A stretch of 64,000 nucleotides of DNA from Eledone cirrhosa (Eukaryota). Shown here piece after piece: positions 37,818 to 49,361 of this stretch. Below the pieces are notes generated by a model. It did no database searches, had not been told where the DNA came from, and was given only the letters and a program-made list of their open reading frames with translations. Each line of letters opens with the position of its first letter. Positions within the stretch are counted from its first letter, which is position 1. The position numbers and the translations under genes were made by a program. The stretch is from NCBI GenBank assembly GCA_964016885.1, contig OZ024743.1:83018001-83082000 (forward strand), written 5' to 3'.

Positions 37818-38014
37818 ACTTGTTTATTCTGAAATTATTCTCCTTTAATTTTATTTTTAGAAGTTGTAACCAAGACTTGTGCTGACAAAACTAGAGTCAG
37901 GCTAGATCGAAGCTTGAGCTGATCGATAGCAAAACGTGCTTCACTGCTCAATAAACGTAATGAAGACATAACAAACCTTCCTTTATATATATGTATATAT
38001 ACACACATATATAT

Positions 38015-38800
38015 TTCTATTGGTGCTTTAAGATAGCGACGTATATATATGAATGTACGTATTGTATATTTAATAATATACTGTATGTTTATTTAAAAAC
38101 ACTTTGAAGGCCTTTTGCTATGAATTTAAGGTATTGACTATGGTCACACACCTGGCTTCAACAAAACCAAAGGGAAATAACCAACGATTGTTTCTCACTT
38201 TTTAATGGTTAGCAAGGTTATATATCCCTTATTTTTGCTGTGAGCTGTAGAAGGTGGATTCTTATAGAATTCCAATTATGTTTATGCACTGTTTAAACTC
38301 ATTAACATACAGGTTGCCTGAAGCTAGGTGTGTGACGTCTGTCAATACCTTAAATTCATAGCGCAGGGCCTTCAAAATGATTTTAGATAAACATATCATC
38401 ATCATCATCATCATCGTTTAACGGCCATCTTCCACACTTGCATGGGTTTGGACGGGAATTTTCCCACTTGAGGCAAGAGTGGTTGTCTTGCTCGTATAGG
38501 ACTGTCTGGCAGGTTTTCTACGGCTGGATGCCCTTCCTAACACCAACCACGTTTACAGTGTGGACTGGGAGGTTTTTACCGTGTTACCTACACGGCCACA
38601 TTACAGCGTGGACTGTGTTGTTTTGTCGTGACACCTACATGACCTCATTTTTTTCGGACTGGATGTTGTGGTACCAACATAACTTTACATCGAAAGAGGT
38701 GGTGTGAATGGGGTTGGGGTAGTGGGACGGGGGTGTATTTTTTGTTAGAGGTGCCTAAACATACAGTATATTATTAAATATACAATACCTACATTCATAT
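38015..38800. mobile_element. Fold-back element related to 4320-4990, interrupted by an RTE 3' fragment
   Basis: Shared GGATTCTTATAGAATTCCA and head/tail motifs; 38043-38160 is inverted at 38320-38395 plus 38756-38800. Confidence 0.65.
38396..38755 (-). mobile_element. RTE LINE 3' UTR-only copy with target-site duplication
   Basis: Matches 31770-32129; (CAT)n tail; 8-bp TSD TAAACATA at 38388-38395 and 38756-38763. Confidence 0.9.
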
Positions 38801-38801
38801 A

Positions 38802-39421
38802 TCTATAAAACTGAGCGTCTGTGTGTGTGTGTGAATCCCTAAAACTCGAGAAGTACCCAACCGATTTTTTTCAAACTTTACATGTGTATTACCTATGTTT
38901 CAGGGAGTATTATGCACATAAAATTCAACTATTTGATCCCCTAGGGCCCGCAGTAGGTGAAAAACTGCGTTTTTTAAGCTTTTTAGGGTTTTTTGAGACG
39001 TTACGTCATACTGATTTCCTTGAAATTGTAACTATGTATTAGTCAGTCTCTTCTTCATACCGTGAGCAAAGAAAATCCAACTTTTTTATGGCCTAGGGCC
39101 CACATTAGGTGAAAAACTTCATTTTTTCAGCTTTTTAGGGCTTTTTGGAGGCGTTACGTCTAGCCGATTTTCCCGAAATTTCAAGGCATATTATGCACAT
39201 AAAAAAAATTCATTTTCTTGATCCCCTAGGGCCCGCATTAGGTGAAAACCTGCATTTTTCCTGCTTCATCGAGGAAAATCTTAAAGATTATCCAGCCATC
39301 AGAGTATTCAGTTTATTTTCTTTACATATTGTCCAGGCATGCAGTTTTTCCACGATTAGGTCTGTTGGCGGCCTGCATTCCAAAATATCTTCTCCCGTGC
39401 AACGCCGGATACCACTGCTAG
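38802..39421 (+). mobile_element. Non-autonomous Helitron
   Basis: A|TC start, 3' GC-rich hairpin CCCGTGCAACGCCGG then CTAG|T; three internal CCTAGGGCCC..TAGGTGAAAA repeats. Confidence 0.8.
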
Positions 39422-39578
39422 TATATATATAAACTTAAGAAAATTAACAAATTGAGGACCAGACAAATGAAAACATGGCAAAACGAAAAACCATTTTTTA
39501 AAGGGGAAACCGTAAAAAATAATTTTTTGAAAAGCAAAATACAAATGAAAAACACAGAACTCCAGGTTCATCAGCTGT

Positions 39579-39678
39579 TGAGATGGACCTTGCCAGTTTC
39601 AACCCCTACCAACGGTATTGCTTGTACACTCAGGGTGAGAGGAGGTCACAAATATTAAAATACGTTCATCAGATCTCA
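39579..39678 (-). ncRNA. Putative hammerhead (downstream member of tandem pair)
   Basis: Minus strand: TGAGAT-CTGATGA...GAAA-CTGGCAAGG-TC-c-ATCTCA; stem II closure is poor. Confidence 0.45.
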
Positions 39679-39793
39679 GACTACCTGCAGTTTCAATCTG
39701 AGATTACTGCGAAGAATAGGAGGCTCGTAAGAATGGAGAAATAAATATCTTCGTTGGTACCCATTCTATTTCTTCCAATCATTTCTTCAAGTC
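39679..39793 (-). ncRNA. Putative hammerhead (upstream member of tandem pair, C3>T)
   Basis: Minus strand: GAC-TTGAAGA-AATGATTGGAAGAAATAG...CTATTCTTCGCAGTAATCTCAGATT-GAAA-CTGCAGG-TA-GTC; long paired stem II. Confidence 0.55.
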
Positions 39794-39963
39794 AACTCAT
39801 AGCCGCTGATTTCTGTCCTTCGAGGTAATGTTTTACCCAACACCACTTCGATGGTATTTTACTGTTTTAACAGCTTCCTTACGCTGAGTTTTTCTACTTT
39901 CCTACAAATTCTAATACACTGGCGTTTCAAAACTCGATATCCGAGTTAATATTTTTTATATAT

Positions 39964-40632
39964 AAAAGGAAAACAAACACAGACATATACATATGTGTTC
40001 AAATCATGAGGGACTAGATTTGCTAAGGTGAAAAGAATACTAACTATAGACAATAGGGTTTGTAAGACTTAATTTAAGAATAAATCAAGAAAATAAATAC
40101 AAACCATAATTGCGGTAACTACCAATCAGCCGGACAGTTTTGATAATACTGTTTCACAATATTAATTGTGAAAAGGACTACCATATTCTCGCTGATCAGC
40201 GGGTGAAGAAATGTTAGTATCCTGGTCACTTCTAAAAAAAAATTGGATAGTGTGTTTATATATAACGCACCTGGTATCAGAACTTAGCGTGTCTCACAAA
40301 CTCACACCACTAAAAATAGCAGCCGGGTTTACTCGACATTTGAATTAGCTTGACAAATTAATGGAGCCGAATATATTCAAGACATATATTGAGTTAGAAA
40401 CTCAAAATAGTCTCTTACAATAAATTAGTTCTGGGAAATTGTCTATAGTTATTATTCTTTTCACCTTAGCGAATCTAGTCCCTTACGATTTGACCACATA
40501 TATGTATGTCTGTGTTTGTTTTTCTTTTTGTTCAGTTATATTATATGGCTCGGAAAAATCTCTTTCCTAGAGCTAATTTATTGTAAGAGACTATTTTGAG
40601 TTTCTAACTCAATATATGCCTTGAATATGTTC
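39964..40632. mobile_element. Non-coding element with two interleaved inverted repeats and a decayed hammerhead (40130-40202, -)
   Basis: 39964-40054 inverted at ~40437-40529; 40369-40439 inverted at ~40563-40632; minus strand CCG-CTGATCA...GAAA-CAGT..ACTG-TC-CGG. Confidence 0.65.
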
Positions 40633-40673
40633 TTTATATATATATATTTAGGGCAGGTAAAATTCCCGAGATC

Positions 40674-40925
40674 CATGGACGTGTTCTCTCCATCGGTCTC
40701 TGTCCCTTATCATCGCTGCCATGTCCTGCGTTTCCAAGGGACTGGTGTCTGTCCTTAGGGCATCAATATATGTTAACCTCGGTCTCCATCTTCTAGTGTG
40801 TCCCACAGGAACACTGAGTGCAGTGTCAACTCTGAATGTCGGTGAGCATGTCCAGCTAACCTTAGTCTCCTCTGTGCTACATTTCAGGTGACTTTAGGGA
40901 GGCTCCCATACAGCTCTGAGTTCAT
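40674..40925 (-). mobile_element. LINE (RTE/RTE-X-like) ORF C-terminal fragment
   Basis: Minus strand: NSELYGSLPKV..RRLRLAGHAHRH...RPRLTYIDAL...RDRDRW. Confidence 0.75.
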
Positions 40926-41068
40926 ATATATATAATATATGTAGTAATAAACAGTAAATCGTATGTCTAATATTATGAGGGTTGAAGAACCACATTTGTT
41001 TGAAATATTTAACCATGAAACAGACAGAAAGATAAAAATATATACAGACCACCTCAATAACTATTATA

Positions 41069-41150
41069 TCTCCCGGACAGATTAGTGATTAATCTGTTTC
41101 GCCCTGGGTGTGTTTGTAACAGATAGTCCACGGGCATCATCAGCGAGAGA
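41069..41150 (-). ncRNA. Type-I hammerhead ribozyme, intact core, GUC site
   Basis: Minus strand: TCTCTCG-CTGATGA-T-GCCC...GGGC-GAAA-CAGATTA atcac TAATCTG-TC-CGGGAGA; 7-bp stem I, 8-bp stem III. Confidence 0.85.
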
Positions 41151-41220
41151 ATCTGATTAAATGTGAAATATTCATTTTGTGTGACTGTTAACATTAGGTG
41201 TTTGTCGCATTTAATCAGAT

Positions 41221-41306
41221 TCTCTCGTTGATGATGCCCGTGGATTAATTATCTGTTACAAAGACACTCAGGGTGAAACAGATTAATCACTAATCTGTCC
41301 GGGAGA
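41221..41306 (+). ncRNA. Hammerhead copy with core mutation (TTGATGA)
   Basis: Mirror of 41069-41150 with C3>T and GGGC>GGGT. Confidence 0.65.
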
Positions 41307-41361
41307 TATAATAGTTATTGAGGCGGTCTTTACTGTGTTTATTACTACATATATTATTATT

Positions 41362-41502
41362 ATAATTGTTTCTACTTTAGGCATAAGGCCAGCAATTACC
41401 CAGTGCATTACTGGTACTTTATTTTATCGACCCCCGTAAGCATGAAAGGCAAAGTCAACCTTGGCGGGATTTGAACTCAGATCGTAAAGGGATGTAACTA
41501 TG
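41362..41502 (-). mobile_element. tRNA-derived SINE (Meta-domain-like), 5'-truncated
   Basis: Reverse complement of the B-box, GGGGTCGATAAAATAAAGTACCAG and the shared tail. Confidence 0.85.
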
Positions 41503-41568
41503 TTCAGTATTTATACTTTGAGCTTGTTAATTACAGGGTTTCAGTATGAGTTATTAACTCTACCTTTC

Positions 41569-42232
<664 letters not shown>

Positions 42233-42572
42233 TTATATAACCTCCTCAGTGACAAGGCTGTTATTTAGTGTCTCTCTTTTGTTCTGTCCGACACCATCTA
42301 GTTTTTGTGAACTCACAAAAACAAGAGATTATTTCTTGTGTTAATTTTTACTAAACAACAAAACACATTGATTACATCTGAAGGAGCTAAGCTGACAAAG
42401 ATTTACTTAATGTCTATATTAATGTATGTAAATAATAGAATTATGTGAACCCTTCAACGATACAGTAATTATTTACAAGTGAAAATATAACAACATTGGA
42501 AAAATATATTTCTTCAATATAGTCAATGTTAATCCTAACTTTGCTGACTGTTTCTCTATACATGGCTTTATG

Positions 42573-42746
42573 ATAATTGTTTCTACTTTAGGCACAAGGC
42601 CAGCAACTACCCAGTGCCTCACTGGTACTTTATTTTATCGACCCCGTAAGGATGAAAGGCAAAGTCAACCTCGGCGGGATTTGAACTCAGATCGTAAAGG
42701 GACGTAACTATGCTAGAAAGCATGGCGTCCGACCCTCTACCGATAC
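42573..42746 (-). mobile_element. tRNA-derived SINE (Meta-domain-like)
   Basis: Reverse complement of the 49062-49237 family. Confidence 0.85.
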
Positions 42747-43048
42747 ATGTCTCCAAAACATGTACCAGACAGTGTTTCAGGTAGCTCTTTACAGTATTAG
42801 AACCTTATGTCACCAACGAAACCCTACACCAACAAATGTCCCTTCAATATCAAAACAGGTCCCTAAAATACAGTTACTCAATCTCTATTTCACAGGTTGA
42901 CCCAGACATAGTCCTAATGAAAGGAAATCCTTGTGGAATCATAGGGGTACCTTAGTGACATATAACATTTATTGGGTATTTTAGACCTGGTGGAGACAAC
43001 ACCCTTCTTCCAGATTTGAATACACTTGATTTCTTCCAGAGAAAGGGA

Positions 43049-43092
<44 letters not shown>

Positions 43093-43604
43093 ATGGACCT
43101 GTAAATCTTGGGGTAGTCGTAGGGGTACTCTAGTGGATTTCAGTCTTTGTTGCACATATTTTAAAACCTGATGGATCCCATCTCCTCTCTCCAGGTCTGA
43201 ACACAATTGAGATCTGAATAAAACTTCAAGGGAAATCAGATATTGTATGAATTCATATAGATTCATTAGACTCCTGGTCTAAACTCAACTGATTCCTCCT
43301 GGAGAAGGAGAGAGAAGTGAGAAAAAGATATTGAGAAAGAATTGACTCCTACTAATAAAAAGGTGGAAGTTAAACTGGTGTTGACATGTCATCAGGAGGG
43401 GAGATGATAGCTTAGTTAGAAAGTCCTATAAGAATGAATTTGTCTTTGGTTGTTTAATAAAAACTAACACAACTCATTGATTATATGTGAAAAAAGTAAG
43501 TTGACAAAGATTTACTTCATGTCTATATTAATGTAAATATTATAATTATGTGAACCTTTCAACGATACAGTAATTATATACAAGGGAAAACATATATAAC
43601 AACA

Positions 43605-44645
43605 TAACCACTAATACTAAATACTATACTATACATTAGATAATGTAGTCCTAGATACACTATGTCTGATAGCCACTAATACTAACTACTGTACTATACT
43701 GTACATTAGATAATGTAGTCCTACATACACTATATCTGATAGTTAGTAATACTAACTACTGTACATTTGATAATGTAGTCCTAGATATACTATGTCTGAT
43801 AGCCACTAACACTAACTACTATACTGTACATTAGATAATGTAGTCCTAGATACACTATGTCTGATAGCCACTAATACTAACTACTATACTGTACATTAGA
43901 TAATGTAGTCCTTGATACACTATGCCTGATAGCCACTAACACTAACTACTATACTGTACATTATATAATGTAGTCCTAGATATACTATGTCTGATAGCCA
44001 CTAATACTATACTATACATTAGATAATGTAGTCCTAGATACACTATGTCTGATAGCCACTAATTCTAACTACTGTACTGTATATTAGATAATGTAGTCCT
44101 GCATATACAATGTCTGATAACCACTAATACTACCTTCTTCAGTATACATTAGATAATGTAGTTCTGCATACACAATGTCTGATAGCCACTAATACTAACT
44201 ACTGTACTGTACATTAGATATTTTAGTCCTAGGTACACTGTCTGATAGCCACTAATACTAACTACTGTAAAGTACATTAGATAATGTAGTCCTAGATACA
44301 CTATGTCTAATAGCCACTAATACTAACTACTGTACTGTACATTAGATAATGTAGTCCTAGATACACTGTCTGATCGCCACTAATACTAACTACTGTACTA
44401 TACTGTACATTAGATAATGTAGTCCTAGATACACTATGTCTGATAACCACTAATACTAACTACTGTACTGTACATTAGATAATGTAGTCCTAGATACACT
44501 GTCTGATAGTCACTAATACTAACTACAGTAGTGTACATTAGATAATGTAGTCCTAGATACACTATGTCTGATAGCCACTAATACTAACTACTATACTGTA
44601 CATTAGATAATGTAGTCCTAGATACACTATGTCTGATAGTCACTA
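43605..44645. repeat. ~64-bp minisatellite, ~16 copies
   Basis: Unit ~ACTAATACTAACTACTGTACTGTACATTAGATAATGTAGTCCTAGATACACTATGTCTGATAGCC. Confidence 0.95.
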
Positions 44646-44656
44646 GTATATACGTA

Positions 44657-44975
44657 GTTCTCAGGGAGATTCAGCGAGACAAAACGTGTGACATGGCCTC
44701 CTTTTTAAATACATATAGAACCCATCTTATATTATAATGTGTCGGTATTTCATTGACACGTGTTCCGTTGACATTGTTCTCAGGGAGATTCAGTGTGACA
44801 ATTCTATGTAACAACGTCCTCCTATAATGACTGGTACAACTAATTATTTTTGCCAGTTGGGTGAAATAAAACAATGAGAAATAAAGTGTCTTGTTCAAGG
44901 CCCCAACGTACAGACCACCCGGTATGAGATTCGAACTCACGAACCATACGTTCGTTTATTACGTGCTATCACCGC
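44657..44975 (-). mobile_element. tRNA-derived SINE (same type as 29695)
   Basis: GAAATAAAGTGTCTTGTTCAAGG and GATTCGAACTCAC are reverse complements of the centre and B-box. Confidence 0.7.
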
Positions 44976-45509
44976 GTAAACCCAGTTTCCTCCACACAAA
45001 ATACATCAGAATAATTTAATCCGGATTAATTCACGAACAAGATTTACAATAAGTCGCTGAGAGTGATCTCCCTTGGCTGACTTTCAAATCTTTTCTCCCA
45101 TTAGAAATTAATATGTTTCATGTCCGACTGAAAGACTATGGAGTTTTTACCTGTCTTGGGTTTAATTAATGAGGAATTTTGAGGTATTTATAACAATTAT
45201 TAATTATTTCATTACTGAGATATCATTTGAAGGATTTACTGAAGTTTTTACTTATTAATTATTATATTAGTAACTTAATATGTGGTTCTTGTATAAATTA
45301 TGCTGGAAGATTTTAGGAAGAAGCTATGTAGCCGGTCCCGGTAAAATAGACGCCCAGGCTATGTAGCCGGTAAGAGTGTCAGACTCCATGTGTTGTGGCC
45401 CTTTATGGTCTGAGTTAAGACAATTTAAAATCTTTTCCACCATCAAATGTTAAAAAACAAGTTAAAATCATTTAGTCATCCATTCGTAACGTACGTTACA
45501 CTTTAGCTA

Positions 45510-46270
45510 CATATACATCTACTGTGTTACATATACACACATCTACTGTGTTACATATACACACATCTACTGTTTTACATACACACATCTACTGAGTTAC
45601 ATACACATCTACTGAGTTACATAGACACACATCTACTGTGTTATATACACACACATCTACTGGTTTACATACACACATCTACTGAGTTATACACACACAC
45701 ACACATCTACTGTGCTACATACACACACATCTACTGGGTTACATAGACATCTATTGAGTTACATGCACACACATCTACTGAGTTATATATACACACATCT
45801 ACTGGGTTACATGCACACACATCTACTGAGTTACATATACACACATCTACTGTGTTACATATACACACATCTACTGAGTTACATACACATCTACTGGGTT
45901 ACATACACACACATCTACTGAGTTACATACAGATCTACTGAGTTACATACAGATCTACTGAGTTACATACACATCTACTGAGTTACATACACATCTACTG
46001 AGTTACATACACACATCTACTGAGTTACATACACACATCTACTGGGTTACATACACACATCTACTGGGTTACATACACACACATCTGTGTTATATACAGA
46101 CATCTACTGAGTTACATAGACATACATCTACTGTGTTACATACATACACATCTACCGAGTTACATGCACACACATCTACTGGGTTACATACACACACATC
46201 TACTGTGTTATATACAGACATCTACTGAGTTACATAGACACACATCTACTGGGTTACACATCTACTCATA
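45510..46270. repeat. 20-24-bp minisatellite ATCTACTG[A/T/G]GTTACAT(AC)n, >30 copies
   Basis: Direct periodicity with variable (AC)n spacer. Confidence 0.95.
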
Positions 46271-47136
46271 CATATTCATAAATAGACACACAATACAAAA
46301 TAATTATTACATACATACGCATTTATGTAATGATTGTGGGAGGAATTGGCTGGTGAAACGCTATAGCGATGTCTGTGTTGCGTACCTTTAAGGTTTACCG
46401 GCTTCGTAGCCTTTTCGAAGATTTTATTATAATTATGAACCTTGAACTTCAACTAATTATGAATAATTTTGAGCTATTTATCACAATTGTTGGTTAATTA
46501 CTAACATAGTAACTTTACATATGGTTGTTATTTAAAATTTCGTTGGAAGACTTTAATTTAGATAGGAACCATTTCCATAGAACGAGAACCAATTTTGGCT
46601 GGGTTTCTACCAAAAGGGTTAATGAAGAATTTTGAACAATTTATTAAAATTATTAATTATTTCATTACTAAGATAATGTGTGAATACACAATTATATATA
46701 TAAACAGTATACATATAGTATACAAAAGATGTAGTGGGATAATGAGTAGTCTTAAGACAAGTCTGTCTAGATAGCTGCGCTGTAACATACACTTATTGGG
46801 ACCATGTGTTGGCTAGCAGGCCTGTATTTTGGGGTCTAGCTGGTCCATTATGAGGGAGGTGTGGTTAGTTGGCAGCACCATGCCTTACTTGTGGTATATG
46901 TATGTATAAATTATTGCATATGTATAACGGTCCATCTATATGTATACATGTATGTTTACGTATATGTTTGCATACATATATACATTTTCAGATGTATACA
47001 CGTAAGAGTATATATATCTTTATATATATATATATGTATATTTGTAAATATATAAACATACATATGAGTGTATATATATATTTATATTTATATATCAATC
47101 ATATTTTAATATATATATGTATATATAAAATATATA

Positions 47137-47213
47137 CAGCGTCTCTCTAAAAATGTATACACACTTCAACTACAGTCTATGTAAATATGTATACATATTT
47201 TAGGGATACCCTG
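47137..47213. mobile_element. Tiny Tc1/mariner-type MITE
   Basis: TA|CAGCGTCTCTCTAAAAATGTATACA ... TGTATACATATTTTAGGGATACCCTG|TA imperfect TIRs. Confidence 0.55.
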
Positions 47214-47799
47214 TATATATACATATCATGTAACGTGACTCCTACTATTATTGGTTGTACAGATCGTCACAGATGAAAATATTTATTTCGACCAAGATTG
47301 AATATTTAATGGAATTAAGTGGAATTAGGAAATAAGACAATAAAATAGTGAAATGAAGACATAAGAGGTACATAGAGTAAAAGAAGAGAGGGGAGAGAGA
47401 ATTAACACAGTTTTGTCTTTCTATCTCTCTCACTCTTTCCATATTTTATTGTCTCTTACTACTCCTCGTAAAAGCAGGTCTGACCCTTAGTGTGAATTAT
47501 ATCTACTCATGTAGGTTTAACTTTACCAAGATTACCGAATAACTGCTCGAACTTGGGGCTTCTGAAACTAACTTATTGTGTTCACAGATGTTGGATGATA
47601 ATCTTCACCAATAAAAATGTGAAGAAGCAAGGTAATAGATCTTTCTTTTTGTTTGTATTTGAATTAATTTTTCCGTGTTTTCTTTTCTTTTGCTTGTAAA
47701 TAGAAGCCACGTGTTGTAAGAGTGGTTGAGTTACTGCAGTGTTAATGCTTCAGTGTGTGAAAGCCAGGTTAACAGAGAATATGTACGGAACCATGCAAA

Positions 47800-47900
47800 T
47801 GCTCTCCCACATATCTTTCTTTGATTCACGGAGCATCATGCTGAAGAAGATTGAAAATAAGTTTGGGGCAAGGACACAGCCTTGAAATATACGCTGACTA
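47800..47900 (-). mobile_element. RTE-clade RT fragment
   Basis: QGCVLAPNLFSIFFSMML is a non-LTR RT motif. Confidence 0.7.
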
Positions 47901-47961
47901 CAGCAGATTTCTTCCAGAGAGAGATAGAAAGTGAGAGGGAATAAGAAAGATATAGAGGAAG

Positions 47962-48122
47962 TATCGACCCCAGTATTGGACTGGTACTTTTTTTTATCGA
48001 CCTCGAAATGATGAAAGGCAAAGTTGACTTCGGCGGGATTTGAACTCAGAGAGCAGAGAACCGGAATGAATCCCTTAAAGTATTCTATCTGACGTTCTAA
48101 CGACTCTGACAATTCGCCGCCT
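47962..48122 (-). mobile_element. tRNA-derived SINE (Meta-domain-like, diverged subfamily)
   Basis: Minus strand: GGCGGCGAATTG..., GAGTTCAAATCCCGCC, GAGGTCGATAAAA..GTACCAG. Confidence 0.8.
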
Positions 48123-48136
48123 ACACCCCCCCCCAC

Positions 48137-48197
<61 letters not shown>

Positions 48198-48201
<4 letters not shown>

Positions 48202-48646
48202 CAGTGTATCCCGCGTTGTACGGGTAAGAAGATTGGTAATAGCACCTCCAATGAGAAACGTTTATTTGTGAGTGCCTGTTAAAAACTCACGAGGATATAC
48301 CGACAGGAAGCTTGTTTTATTTGGAGAAAATTAAGAAGTTGAAAGTACAGTTTAGCTGTCTACGTGCATTGTTCATAGAAATATTGTTGAGCCCCTTCTT
48401 TTCATACTCCTCTGTTTTGGCCTTTTGGAGTAAATGTGAAAGAGAAAGTCACAGATTAAGTTGGCAGAAGGTTCCAGTGTCATAGCAGTAAGGCGTAGCC
48501 TACTTACCTCAAAAGTTCATTCGCACTCTTTCCACTAAGTTACTCTTTCTCTCTATCCCTCTCGGTGTAGTCACTTGTGAATTTATCGCGTAGGCCTGGT
48601 GTAGATTAAAATACGATTTAATCTCATTTTATATATATATATATAG
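48198..48646 (-). mobile_element. Non-autonomous Helitron
   Basis: Minus strand begins CTATATATA..AAAATGAG and ends CCCGTACAACGCGGGATACACTGCTAA, similar to the 3' end at 39394-39421. Confidence 0.7.
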
Positions 48647-49061
48647 TTATGTAATAAACAACATAAGATAATTATTTCATTTACTAGTGGTTTCTTGAAA
48701 GCAAATAAGCTCTGTAACTTACTTAGAGCACTCTGTTTTCCTCTACCTTTCCGACGGAATTACTTCATTCGCACATACACACGCACACACACACATATAT
48801 ATATATATATGTATATATATATGTATATATATATATATATGTGAGTGTGTATATGTGTATATATATATATGTGTGAGTGTGTATATGTGTATATATATAT
48901 ATGTATGTGTGTGTATATGTATATATGTGTATATATAGGTATATATGTGTGTGTGTGTGAATGTAGCGAAGATAATACGTCAGCAATGACGTGTTCGACA
49001 GAATGTAATGCAGACAGACAGACATACAGACAGACATTATAAGGGCGGTGGATATTGAGAG

Positions 49062-49237
49062 TATCGGTAGAGGGTCGGACGCCATGCTTTGCCGCAGAGT
49101 TACGGCCCTTGTCATTCTGAGTTCAAATCCCGCCGAGTTTAACTTTGCCTTTCATCCTTACGGGGTCGATAAAATAAAGTACCAGTAATGTACTAAGAGA
49201 TAATTGCTGGCCTTGTGCCAAAAGTAGAAACAATTAT
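49062..49237 (+). mobile_element. tRNA-derived SINE (Meta-domain-like)
   Basis: GGTAGAG A-box-like, GAGTTCAAATCCC B-box, GCCTTTCATCCTTACGGGGTCGATAAAATAAAGTACCAG core; at least five relatives in the window. Confidence 0.88.
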
Positions 49238-49361
49238 AAGGGCTCGAAGTTTGTTTTTTCATATATGAGTGTTTGAATTTCTCTTTACTTAAACAAAAAG
49301 GGGCTCATGAAGGTTTTTTTTTTAATAAACGTAATTTGATTGGTTATATATGAAATTATGG

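Larger units (their letters stand above)
41046..41329. repeat. ~120-bp-arm inverted repeat carrying a hammerhead in each arm
   Basis: 41046-41166 versus 41206-41329 are reverse complements with a few substitutions and one small indel. Confidence 0.92.
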
